This document shows, piece by piece, positions 1 to 8,136 of a stretch of 64,000 nt of DNA. The notes under the pieces are model-generated. The model saw only the letters and a list, made by a program, of their open reading frames with translations. It was not told where the DNA came from and did not search any database. Positions within the stretch are counted from its first letter, which is position 1. The number at the start of each line of letters is the position of its first letter. Source of the stretch: a virus; IMG/VR virus record IMGVR_UViG_3300028829_004004, positions 1,352 to 65,351 of that record; one strand, given 5' to 3'. The position numbers and the translations under genes are program-made.

Positions 1-1
1 T

Positions 2-1069
2 ATCCCTGAGTTCCACACTGCTGTCAAACTGGGCAGGTACTTCCGAGTGCGCTATGTTAATGGAGCAGGCGGGCAAGCAACCTTCCGGCTATCCACTTAC
101 TTCGGTGACAACTTTGTTCCAAGCGTGGCACCCCTGAATCAATCATTGTCCCCCGACTCTGACGCTACCCTCGTTCGTTCAGTGGCCATAGGGGCAGAGC
201 CTGATGGAACACTCACTAACACTAAGACAGACGGGTTGGGTTTTCAGACGGCAACACCCCTGACTAATGGCGAGGTTTATTCAAGTGGGGTGCTAGATCT
301 AAGAAACTATACTCAAGTTGAAACCCATGTACTCTCGGATAAAAACGGCACAATCGACATAAGTTTCATCCGGGACTCGGCAGGAACTGACGTACTGCGT
401 ACCCTGCAAATTCCGTATGTTGGTGGATCTGGCTTCAAGACTTTCGCCGCACCTGCTTTCACCCCCTATGTCAAGTATGAATTTACCTGTGATGAGGCAG
501 GGCAGGCCGATTTTTATTATGATACAAAGTTCTTAACTAAGTCTCTGAGTGCGCAAGTTCTGGGTGTAGACGACTTCATCGCACCCTCCATGGTGACTAA
601 CTTGGGCCGGAACATCATAGTGGGGCAAGACGGTGGAGGTACATTCAAGAACGTGACCACTGTAGAAACCACGAATGATCTGGGCACGTACACCAGTCTG
701 CAAGTGGTCAACGGTGCGCGGCCATCTGAACTCTATGGACGTACTGCGGTGAGGGTGGTCTCTGACTCTGTTACGGCGGACGGCACACAGTACACGGTAA
801 CCGCAGACAAGACGCTCTATGTCACTGACATCATCATGTCGATTGAAGCTACGACCACTTCACAAGTTGATATCGAGGACGGCACGGCTGGTGGGGGAAC
901 GCTGCTCATGCCTTTGCGCATTCCCAACTCAAGTGGACAGTCAAGCGCAGTAACAGTAGTAGCGCACTCATTCACTGAACCAGTGCCCTTCACAACCGGT
1001 ATCTACTTTGATATAACCACAGCAGGCACTGTCACCATCAGTAGCTTGATAGTTGGCTACGAAGAGTAA
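2..1069 (+). CDS. Virion accessory/tail-fibre-like protein, 5'-partial
   Basis: Frame is open from the window start (IPEFHTAVKLGRYFRVRYVNG...), so the GTG at 47 is probably not the true start; Thr/Gly-rich beta-type composition; function inferred. Confidence 0.45.
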   Translation: MPEFHTAVKLGRYFRVRYVNGAGGQATFRLSTYFGDNFVPSVAPLNQSLSPDSDATLVRSVAIGAEPDGTLTNTKTDGLGFQTATPLTNGEVYSSGVLDLRNYTQVETHVLSDKNGTIDISFIRDSAGTDVLRTLQIPYVGGSGFKTFAAPAFTPYVKYEFTCDEAGQADFYYDTKFLTKSLSAQVLGVDDFIAPSMVTNLGRNIIVGQDGGGTFKNVTTVETTNDLGTYTSLQVVNGARPSELYGRTAVRVVSDSVTADGTQYTVTADKTLYVTDIIMSIEATTTSQVDIEDGTAGGGTLLMPLRIPNSSGQSSAVTVVAHSFTEPVPFTTGIYFDITTAGTVTISSLIVGYEE

Positions 1070-1083
1070 CATCCTATAACTCT

Positions 1084-1149
1084 GGCTCCCTAAGTTACAC
1101 ATCAACCCAACCTTTGGTCAGGCGGGACGTGGGCTTAGGGAGCCTTCTT
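1084..1149 (+). terminator. Large-loop inverted repeat, possible terminator
   Basis: GGCTCCCTAAG (1084-1094) pairs with CTTAGGGAGCC (1134-1144), followed by TTCTT. Confidence 0.4.
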
Positions 1150-1186
1150 CACTACTGCAAACGTTTGCAAATGACAGGAGGTCCAA

Positions 1187-2050
1187 ATGAATTGGTCCGC
1201 TGAACAACTCACAAAAGTTACTACCGGAATTACCTTCAGCCTCAAGAGCCGTAAGGATACGGCCCGCGCACTGCTAATCAGTGACGCGCATTGGGACCAC
1301 CCCTACTGCGACCGCAAGTTGTATGACAAGCACATACAAGAGGCAGTAGATGAGGGAGTCCCTATCCTGTACAATGGGGATACCCTCTGCCTCATGCAAG
1401 CTACATCTGACCGCAGACAGAAGAAGGGACAGACACGTGAAGAGCATGACGATCAAGACTACTTCCGTTCTGTATGTAAAGATTTCGCTGGCTCCCACGG
1501 TACAGCCGCCAACAACATCGCCATGCTCGGGTATGGTAACCATGAGACTGCTCCACTGAAATGGTGCTCAGTCGATCCTGTGCAACTACTTGCTGACCAG
1601 ATTGAACTACGCACAGGCAAACGCCCCGTGGTTGGTGGGTATCGCGGCTGGGTATCCTTCCGTGTAAACCGCGGGAAGCGCCCCATGCACCGAGCTATCA
1701 ACATGTACTACACACATGGAGCAGGTGGTGGTGGTCCGGTGACCAAAGGGGTCATCAAAACAAACAGACACAACGCATTCATCGACGGTGCTGACATCGT
1801 ATGGATGGGCCACATACATGAAGAGTGGCAACTGAATACTCCCATGATTGCCATCAACAAGAATGGAAAAGAGTCCATGTACAAACGGTGGCATATCTGT
1901 ACACCCGGATACAAGGAAGAATTCCTCGGGAGTAACCTTGGCTTCCACCATGAAGGGGATCGCCCGCCTAAACCTACCGGTGCTAAGTGGTTGACCATCT
2001 ACCAGAAAGGTGACGAACTCCGCACGGAGATCACACCTACCCGCGACTGA
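1187..2050 (+). CDS. Calcineurin-like metallophosphoesterase
   Basis: Motifs SDAH, NGD, GNHE, THG, GHIH in canonical order; GGAGG RBS. Confidence 0.85.
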   Translation: MNWSAEQLTKVTTGITFSLKSRKDTARALLISDAHWDHPYCDRKLYDKHIQEAVDEGVPILYNGDTLCLMQATSDRRQKKGQTREEHDDQDYFRSVCKDFAGSHGTAANNIAMLGYGNHETAPLKWCSVDPVQLLADQIELRTGKRPVVGGYRGWVSFRVNRGKRPMHRAINMYYTHGAGGGGPVTKGVIKTNRHNAFIDGADIVWMGHIHEEWQLNTPMIAINKNGKESMYKRWHICTPGYKEEFLGSNLGFHHEGDRPPKPTGAKWLTIYQKGDELRTEITPTRD

Positions 2051-2061
2051 TTAACGCCTTC

Positions 2062-2128
2062 CCCCCTAGACCCCTTCTTGCATATCCGCGTATGTGGATC
2101 TTGTATAGGACTAGGGGGTTCTTTTTTT
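2062..2128 (+). terminator. Rho-independent terminator-like hairpin with large structured loop
   Basis: CCCCCTAG (2062-2069) / CTAGGGGG (2111-2118) followed by TTCTTTTTTT, directly after the phosphoesterase stop. Confidence 0.65.
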
Positions 2129-2241
2129 GAGGGGTCGCCCTTTTCTCAGGGCTTCCCCCGCGTGTGTATTACGGATAGGTTGAGAAAATTTTTCCCGCTG
2201 CGTGACGTGTAGTCCGCTGGCACTGAGAAGAATTTTTCAAA

Positions 2242-2808
2242 TTATTTTAGGAGTCTAATTACTGGATCATTCTCTACAGTAATTACTGCGGCGATAGCAT
2301 CCGCAATGTCCTCGAACTCCCCCTTGAATCCCGTCGTCTTTGACCGGGCGCTCTTATACTTGTCAGCAACTCCGGGGAACATAGCCGCGATTTCCTTCTG
2401 CATCTTGGCCTTACTTGCGTTCGCACATCCACCTACCCTCTTCTTCGAGTCCTTAGCGGGTACCTCCAAGAGAGGAAGTTCTAGTAGTGCCGTTATGCAT
2501 GTGACAATAGCCGTAGCAAACGCCATCCCTTTCACCGCGGATGAGGACTTCCCTCCACCTGAGGGCTGCTCGGACACAACTACTAGTGGCTCGTAGTCAT
2601 CTATGATAGCCTTGAGCTTATCGGTTATGTGAGCTATGCGGCGGGCGTCATCGCTGCTCTTGTAGATGCCCCGCTTCTTATTCTCAGGCTTGGTTTGAAT
2701 AGCTCCGCTTGCAACTACATCCCAACCCCCTGAGGCCGGGAGCATAATACACCACCCAGTGCAAGTAAGGGATGGGTCTAACCCTAGTACAACTAGTGGG
2801 TCACTCAT
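2242..2808 (-). CDS. ruvC: RuvC-like Holliday junction resolvase
   Basis: VLGLDPSLTCTGW, VVSEQP and DIADAIA acidic RNase H-fold motifs. Confidence 0.85.
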   Translation of the reverse strand: MSDPLVVLGLDPSLTCTGWCIMLPASGGWDVVASGAIQTKPENKKRGIYKSSDDARRIAHITDKLKAIIDDYEPLVVVSEQPSGGGKSSSAVKGMAFATAIVTCITALLELPLLEVPAKDSKKRVGGCANASKAKMQKEIAAMFPGVADKYKSARSKTTGFKGEFEDIADAIAAVITVENDPVIRLLK

Positions 2809-2822
2809 TTACGCTCTTACTC

Positions 2823-3677
2823 CTATCTTGTTCCAAAACATTCAAACGCGAACGGGCACTTACATGCACGCTTGTCCTTCAAAGACAAACACTCCCTCAT
2901 ACTAGGGGGTGGTGGGGTGCCTGCGTCAATCGCCTCCCACAATGTGTGGATCTTATCCACAGCCTTGTCCCACAACTCTGGTTCTGCCTTGTAGCTCAAG
3001 GTCATCATCTTCTTCGTGTTCATGTTTACGTAGAGGAACACAGTCTCCTCCATCCCTGTCATGTGCTGGTAGGCACACGCCTGTACACGGTTGTACTCCG
3101 GGGGTTGGCGATTACTGATGACGCTCTTGAATGACCACTCATTAGCTGACTTGATCTCTAGGTGCTTGAGATCCTCCTCTAAATCATCAGAGGCTTTCAC
3201 TTCGTCCCCCCTTGCTCCTGCCTCCAAGGCATGGAACACGCTGTTCATGCGGTTGTTACAGATCAACCCGTCAACATGCCCCGAGAGTTTTAGCTCCTTG
3301 TCATATAAGGTATACTCCTCGTAATGGAATGTACCCCCGTCGCATTCAACGCAGGCGTCGGGATAGTAACAGTCCTTGTGGGAATGGTGGCAGGTGACAC
3401 ACACCCACTCCCCTTTGAGGAAACCAAGAGGACCAATCACAACTGATTGTAAGTACTCATGGATGAATGTTCCCAACGTAAAGGTGAAGTCAAGCTCCCG
3501 TGTCATCTCTACGTACTTGGCCTCAGGGACTTGGAAGTGTTTGTCCTTGAAGTACTCCTCCCAGATACACATGTTGAATATCTGGGAGGATCTCACATAC
3601 TTGGGGGCCTCGAATACTTTCCTCTCCCCCGCAGTCTGCTTGAGAATGCGGGCAAGTCTCCCAGCCTCACACGCCAT
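2823..3677 (-). CDS. Cas4-like PD-(D/E)XK exonuclease
   Basis: GTFIHE, SGHVDG, LEIKS, Q-x3-Y motifs plus C-terminal Cys cluster (C..C-x-C-x4-C). Confidence 0.8.
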   Translation of the reverse strand: MACEAGRLARILKQTAGERKVFEAPKYVRSSQIFNMCIWEEYFKDKHFQVPEAKYVEMTRELDFTFTLGTFIHEYLQSVVIGPLGFLKGEWVCVTCHHSHKDCYYPDACVECDGGTFHYEEYTLYDKELKLSGHVDGLICNNRMNSVFHALEAGARGDEVKASDDLEEDLKHLEIKSANEWSFKSVISNRQPPEYNRVQACAYQHMTGMEETVFLYVNMNTKKMMTLSYKAEPELWDKAVDKIHTLWEAIDAGTPPPPSMRECLSLKDKRACKCPFAFECFGTR

Positions 3678-4056
3678 GAGATGATACCCACTCCTCCAGT
3701 AGCTTGCGAGTCCTCTCCCAATCTACTTGGTGGTTAGCATCGAGGGGCATACCTAACCCCCGGTCATCAATGTACAGGTTGGCGTAGGCTTTCGGACTAC
3801 GGGTCCATGCCTCCTGCCCCGGTGTATGGTTAACCCCATAGAGGGTGATGCCCCGGTTAGAGAACCAACGTACTGCCTCACGGAGTCCGTCGTCTGACCG
3901 CATTGTGAACAAGGTAATATGTGCTCCAATCTCCTCGGTCAACCAGCGAAGGGTCTCCACTGCTAGAGGGAGGTCGGGGCCTGTCTCAGGGTACCGCTGC
4001 TCAACAACAGTGCCATCAAAGTCTAGCCCTATATGGAATTCTGGGTGGTCATTCAT
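3667..4056 (-). CDS. HAD-superfamily hydrolase (BT0820-like)
   Basis: LDFDGTVV (DxDGT) and YIDDR motifs. Confidence 0.8.
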   Translation of the reverse strand: MNDHPEFHIGLDFDGTVVEQRYPETGPDLPLAVETLRWLTEEIGAHITLFTMRSDDGLREAVRWFSNRGITLYGVNHTPGQEAWTRSPKAYANLYIDDRGLGMPLDANHQVDWERTRKLLEEWVSSHGV

Positions 4057-4060
4057 AAAT

Positions 4061-4390
4061 CTAATCTCCTTTCAAGGTGCTGAGTGGGACTACTGCCCAC
4101 TCGTTCTCAAAGTTCTTGCAGTTGTTGAACACAACTACAATGGCAGGGTCGCGCGCCTGCCCGTCTGCCTCTGCTTGGATCTTCTGGAGATCCGCTAAGG
4201 TAATGCGGAAGGAGTTCATGTCAGTGGACTTTAAGTCTACCAAGAAATCCTCGAACTTGACATCTCCTTTGAAACCACTGATAGCCCCGGAACAAGGTTG
4301 CCGAAACCCTTTGTGCTTCTTAGCGAACTGCTTCTCAGCGTTGTTCACTTTCTTCTTCCTATTCTCTGGTGCATCAAACCGGAAAGCCAT
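4061..4390 (-). CDS. Small PD-(D/E)XK nuclease, Hjc-like resolvase
   Basis: E...P.SGA...KGD......D.KST pattern typical of phage Hjc-like resolvases. Confidence 0.6.
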   Translation of the reverse strand: MAFRFDAPENRKKKVNNAEKQFAKKHKGFRQPCSGAISGFKGDVKFEDFLVDLKSTDMNSFRITLADLQKIQAEADGQARDPAIVVVFNNCKNFENEWAVVPLSTLKGD

Positions 4391-4393
4391 GGT

Positions 4394-5062
4394 TTACTCC
4401 CTCCCTAAAAACTTGAGTACCTGTTGTGACGCTGCCCACCCGGCTGACTCCTTGAAGGTAAGCTCAGGGAACTTCTGCTTGAACACACTAAGGGGATCAT
4501 GCATGAAGACATCGAAGGATACCTCGCTCCATCGACCGTACTGCAAACGTTTGCACCACTTCGCCAAGGTCCCCCTATACTTCTCAACTAACTTGGTAGC
4601 TCGGTCGTTGGTAAGGAGATCCCGCACTAGGAAGCTATCCAGAATTCGGTTAAGCCTTCTACGTACATGGACGATGTGACACTTGATCCCCCGAGCTTCT
4701 AACTCTCTCACGTATACAGGTAGAGTTAGGGACAACCGAGGGTCTTTGATACAGATAGCGGGACTGTCGTAACGATCAAGGATATCCTTCACCTGCTGGT
4801 CATACTTTGTCTCCGTCATTAGGTGGCTGAAGTCTGTCTCTAACTCAGATAGAACCCAAGTCCCCGCCTCACCAAGGATAGTGTCATTGAGTCGCACTAC
4901 CCTCTCATCCTCGAAGAACCCTTTGGGGTTGCCGCGGTCTGCGGGGATAAGGTCCAGCATCTGAACCGGCTCCCCTTTGTAGTGAGCACGGTAGAAAGTA
5001 CCAGCCAGTGCCGAGGTACCAGACCGACCCACACCTACCAAAAGATAGCATACCTCTGTCAT
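4394..5062 (-). CDS. Sulfotransferase-family protein
   Basis: N-terminal GVGRSGTSAL PAPS-binding loop, NPKGFFED and IKDPRL motifs. Confidence 0.75.
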   Translation of the reverse strand: MTEVCYLLVGVGRSGTSALAGTFYRAHYKGEPVQMLDLIPADRGNPKGFFEDERVVRLNDTILGEAGTWVLSELETDFSHLMTETKYDQQVKDILDRYDSPAICIKDPRLSLTLPVYVRELEARGIKCHIVHVRRRLNRILDSFLVRDLLTNDRATKLVEKYRGTLAKWCKRLQYGRWSEVSFDVFMHDPLSVFKQKFPELTFKESAGWAASQQVLKFLGRE

Positions 5063-6156
5063 GTTAAAGCTCCCACCACAATCGCGTAGAATACTTCGTA
5101 TGCATCCAAATCATTTTGGAACTCTTTGATTAACCCATCCTTGCCTTTGGCCGATAGGGTAACCCCCGCCTCGGGTAGGTCGATCTTCCAAACCCCGGCC
5201 CCTACTTTGATTAAATCAAGTTTGCGCCCGTACTTGACAAGAGACTCAATGTTGTTGATCTCCCCTGCCTCATACGTTGCCAGTAGCTTGCCCGCCTTTC
5301 TACTCTCGTAGTCCAAGAGGGCTAGGTGAAAGGTGTACTCCAGCTTAGGAGTGAACGTCTTGTTCTTGTGGGCAGTGCCATGGATTTCCACGTAAGCTGA
5401 CTTCGCCTCACCGGGAGCGTCATGTACTTTCGCCTTAGTGTTGCGGAGGTGAATAGCCGGGTGGAACAGTTGCCCCTTACCACCGGGGAGGGTAGATGGG
5501 TCACCAAACATAACACCAATCTTCTCCCGCATTTGGTTTACACAAATGAGGGCGGGTCCTGTGCCCCGCTTCTCGGTTAACCCGTTGGTCCACTTGCGGA
5601 AACCCTTGTTCATCAGTCGCGCATGAAGTCCGGGGTTCTGCTTCTCAGCCCCATCCTCGATCTCCTTAGAGGGCAGAGTAGCCTCAATACTGTCAAGGAT
5701 TATGAGGTCAACGGTGTTCTCCCGGATGGCGGTGTCAATCAAATTGATGGCGTCCTCCCCACAAAGGGGCCACACCACTAAGTTTCCTTCCGGGTCCATC
5801 CCATTTTGGATTGCCCACTTGACATCCAGTGACCCTTCCGTCTCTATCCATAGAGCCGATCCCGGAATGAACTCCTCGCACTCACATGGGTAACGCTCCT
5901 TGCAGGTGTGGCAGTAGTTCACAACCTCAGAGCACGCCCTGAGTAGGATGGTTGTTTTCCCGGAGGACTCTGGACCATACACGAGACTCGTGCGGTTGAA
6001 GGGCCAGCCACCTCCAAGGGCGAGGTCAAGTTCAAGAGAACCTGAGCGGAAGCGTTTCAGCTTGGGGATCTTACCTGCCATAGCTGATAACTCCCCGTCA
6101 TACTTCTTGTTTATACGGTCTCGGAGATTCTTCAACCGTGTCTCTGTGCTCTCCAC
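5059..6156 (-). CDS. recA: RecA-like recombinase
   Basis: SGSLELDLALGGG, Walker A GPESSGKTT, IILDS, NQMREKIGVMFGDPSTLPGG. Confidence 0.95.
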   Translation of the reverse strand: MESTETRLKNLRDRINKKYDGELSAMAGKIPKLKRFRSGSLELDLALGGGWPFNRTSLVYGPESSGKTTILLRACSEVVNYCHTCKERYPCECEEFIPGSALWIETEGSLDVKWAIQNGMDPEGNLVVWPLCGEDAINLIDTAIRENTVDLIILDSIEATLPSKEIEDGAEKQNPGLHARLMNKGFRKWTNGLTEKRGTGPALICVNQMREKIGVMFGDPSTLPGGKGQLFHPAIHLRNTKAKVHDAPGEAKSAYVEIHGTAHKNKTFTPKLEYTFHLALLDYESRKAGKLLATYEAGEINNIESLVKYGRKLDLIKVGAGVWKIDLPEAGVTLSAKGKDGLIKEFQNDLDAYEVFYAIVVGALT

Positions 6157-6157
6157 T

Positions 6158-6736
6158 TCAGTTCACCAGTTCCGACATCTCGACTTCCATTAGTGCTGCT
6201 ACCTTCTCCTTAGCGAAAACCGCGGCAGTGTCAATGTCTTCGACTCTACAGGGAGTAGTGATTTCAATGTACACCTTGGCACCATTGTAGTCACCAAGGT
6301 TTACCGTGTTACCATAACCAAACCGGACACTCGCAGGGGCATGATTAACTGGGGCTACTTCAATGTGGTCTTCATCACTGCTCTCTTCAATGACCTTGCC
6401 GTAGTGTGTCTTCTCCCGGTGGGTAGTCACTGTAGCTACTGCCTCTTGGACTTCCTGAACTGGCTCGGCCTCTTCTGCCACGGGTTCCTCTTCGGGTTCC
6501 TCCGCCACTAGGACAGGAGCAGGGTCAGGTGGGTTGATGACTGCCCCGAACTCATCCGTTTCAGGGGGAAGCTCTGGGACGGTGGTCTCTTCTTCCACTG
6601 GTGCTTCTTCTACAGTACTTGCCTCGGCCTCTTGCTTCTTACGAAGCTCTTCTAACCGTTGCAACTTCTTCTGCCGTAATTTCTCTAGGGCTTCTGCTCG
6701 TTCTCTCATGGGGTCTTCCTTACTTTTTTCGTTCAC
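6158..6736 (-). CDS. Hypothetical protein, Glu/Pro-rich linker with C-terminal NLGDY domain
   Basis: Long ORF tightly packed between recA and helicase. Confidence 0.7.
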   Translation of the reverse strand: MNEKSKEDPMRERAEALEKLRQKKLQRLEELRKKQEAEASTVEEAPVEEETTVPELPPETDEFGAVINPPDPAPVLVAEEPEEEPVAEEAEPVQEVQEAVATVTTHREKTHYGKVIEESSDEDHIEVAPVNHAPASVRFGYGNTVNLGDYNGAKVYIEITTPCRVEDIDTAAVFAKEKVAALMEVEMSELVN

Positions 6737-8078
6737 GTGTGAAATCTAACTTGGTATACACCTTCTCGCGTGCGCCGAAAAGGCCGTTGGCATAGGGGAT
6801 TGCGCGGTCTACCACATCGACAACCATTGGAGGCTTCTTCTCCTTGGTAGGTCGCTGGATACGGCCTACCATCTGAGCGACCCTACTACGAGGTGTAGCA
6901 AGAACCAAAGTATCAAGGGAAGGAATATCGGTACCCTCTCCAAACATCCCATAAGTTGCCAGAACAACTCTGCACTCATCAGCCGTCGCACTCTCCATGT
7001 CGTCAGTAGAACGATATTTGACTATCTTACTTCCTGACGAGGATAAGAGACCCTCAAGGCTGTCTAGTTGTTTTACTCTGTCGGTGAGCACAAGTGTTTT
7101 CCTACCGGCCTTGATTGCTCTCATGCAAACGTTTGCAATCATCTTGTTCCGGTCTTCGTCTTCTGCTATCATGGTTATCAACTTGGAGGTGTTCAGCCCA
7201 CCTCCGCGGATCTTGGGGGGCGTCTTCTTTGCCTCCCACTCCATGACATAGTAACTACCTTTAACGACTTGCCCGCGCATTGTAACAAGCTGCGGACCAA
7301 TACTCCAATCGAGTAAGCACTTCAACCCATCCCGGCGATCCGGGGTAGCTGTGAGACCCAGCTTATAGCGGGCTGAGAAACTGTTAGCTACCTTGGAAAA
7401 GGTCTGGCTAGGGACACGATGTGATTCGTCGGACACAAGGAAACCAAAGTGGTCGAAGAACCCCGAGGCTCGGAAACTTTCGAGACGAGAGTACAAGGTC
7501 TGGAAGGTTGCGATCACAATGTGAGCATCCTTGACGCATGGCTCATTAGCCCGCACCTTGACTACCCGCGCCTCAGGCATGAACCTGTTGATCTCCCTCT
7601 CCCACTGGTCCATGAGGTCGCACTTGTGGACGAGGACAATAGTCGGGGTCTTCATACGTGCGATAAGGTGCAGGGCAGTGATAGTCTTACCCGCGCCGCA
7701 GGTTGCTTTGATCCAACCTCCGGTCTGCCCTTCACGGTACGCTTTGATTACCGCCTCGTCAGCTACCTGCTGGCCCGGTCGCAATAGCCCCTCAAACTTT
7801 GGGGGTCTAGTCCATGGTCCTTTCAGGTGGCTATATTGGGTACAATCAAACACTTCAAACCGGGTGAATGTTTTGAAGAAGTACTCACGTGGCATACCAA
7901 ACCACACATCGCCACCTAGTGTGTTCCTCTCATAATGAGTAGAGACCTCCGGTGGTACCCCTTTTGCGTAGGGGTTCTCGACTACCAATGTAAGGTCTTC
8001 CTTCAACCGCTCAATACCTGTAGAGCCAAGGTCAACAGCGCGCGCCCACGCTAATCTATCTAAGGTTACTCGTATCAC
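6720..8078 (-). CDS. SF2 DEAD/DEAH-box helicase (UvsW/XPB-like)
   Basis: TCGAGKT, DESH, TAT, GEGTD and QMVGRIQR motifs. Confidence 0.9.
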   Translation of the reverse strand: MIRVTLDRLAWARAVDLGSTGIERLKEDLTLVVENPYAKGVPPEVSTHYERNTLGGDVWFGMPREYFFKTFTRFEVFDCTQYSHLKGPWTRPPKFEGLLRPGQQVADEAVIKAYREGQTGGWIKATCGAGKTITALHLIARMKTPTIVLVHKCDLMDQWEREINRFMPEARVVKVRANEPCVKDAHIVIATFQTLYSRLESFRASGFFDHFGFLVSDESHRVPSQTFSKVANSFSARYKLGLTATPDRRDGLKCLLDWSIGPQLVTMRGQVVKGSYYVMEWEAKKTPPKIRGGGLNTSKLITMIAEDEDRNKMIANVCMRAIKAGRKTLVLTDRVKQLDSLEGLLSSSGSKIVKYRSTDDMESATADECRVVLATYGMFGEGTDIPSLDTLVLATPRSRVAQMVGRIQRPTKEKKPPMVVDVVDRAIPYANGLFGAREKVYTKLDFTRERKK

Positions 8079-8105
8079 TTCTGATTCTCCTAATTACTTT
8101 CTTGT

Positions 8106-8133
8106 ACTATACACCCTCAACCCCTAGAGTCAA
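8106..8133 (-). promoter_or_regulatory. Putative sigma70-type promoter upstream of helicase
   Basis: TTGACT-N16-TATAGT on the - strand in the intergenic gap; same TTGACT-N13-GTGTATA layout as at 16640-16667. Confidence 0.5.
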
Positions 8134-8136
8134 GTG

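Noticed and set aside
2823-3677. Cas4-like gene as part of a CRISPR-Cas system
   Set aside because: Solo Cas4-like nucleases are common in phage recombination modules; no array or other cas genes here
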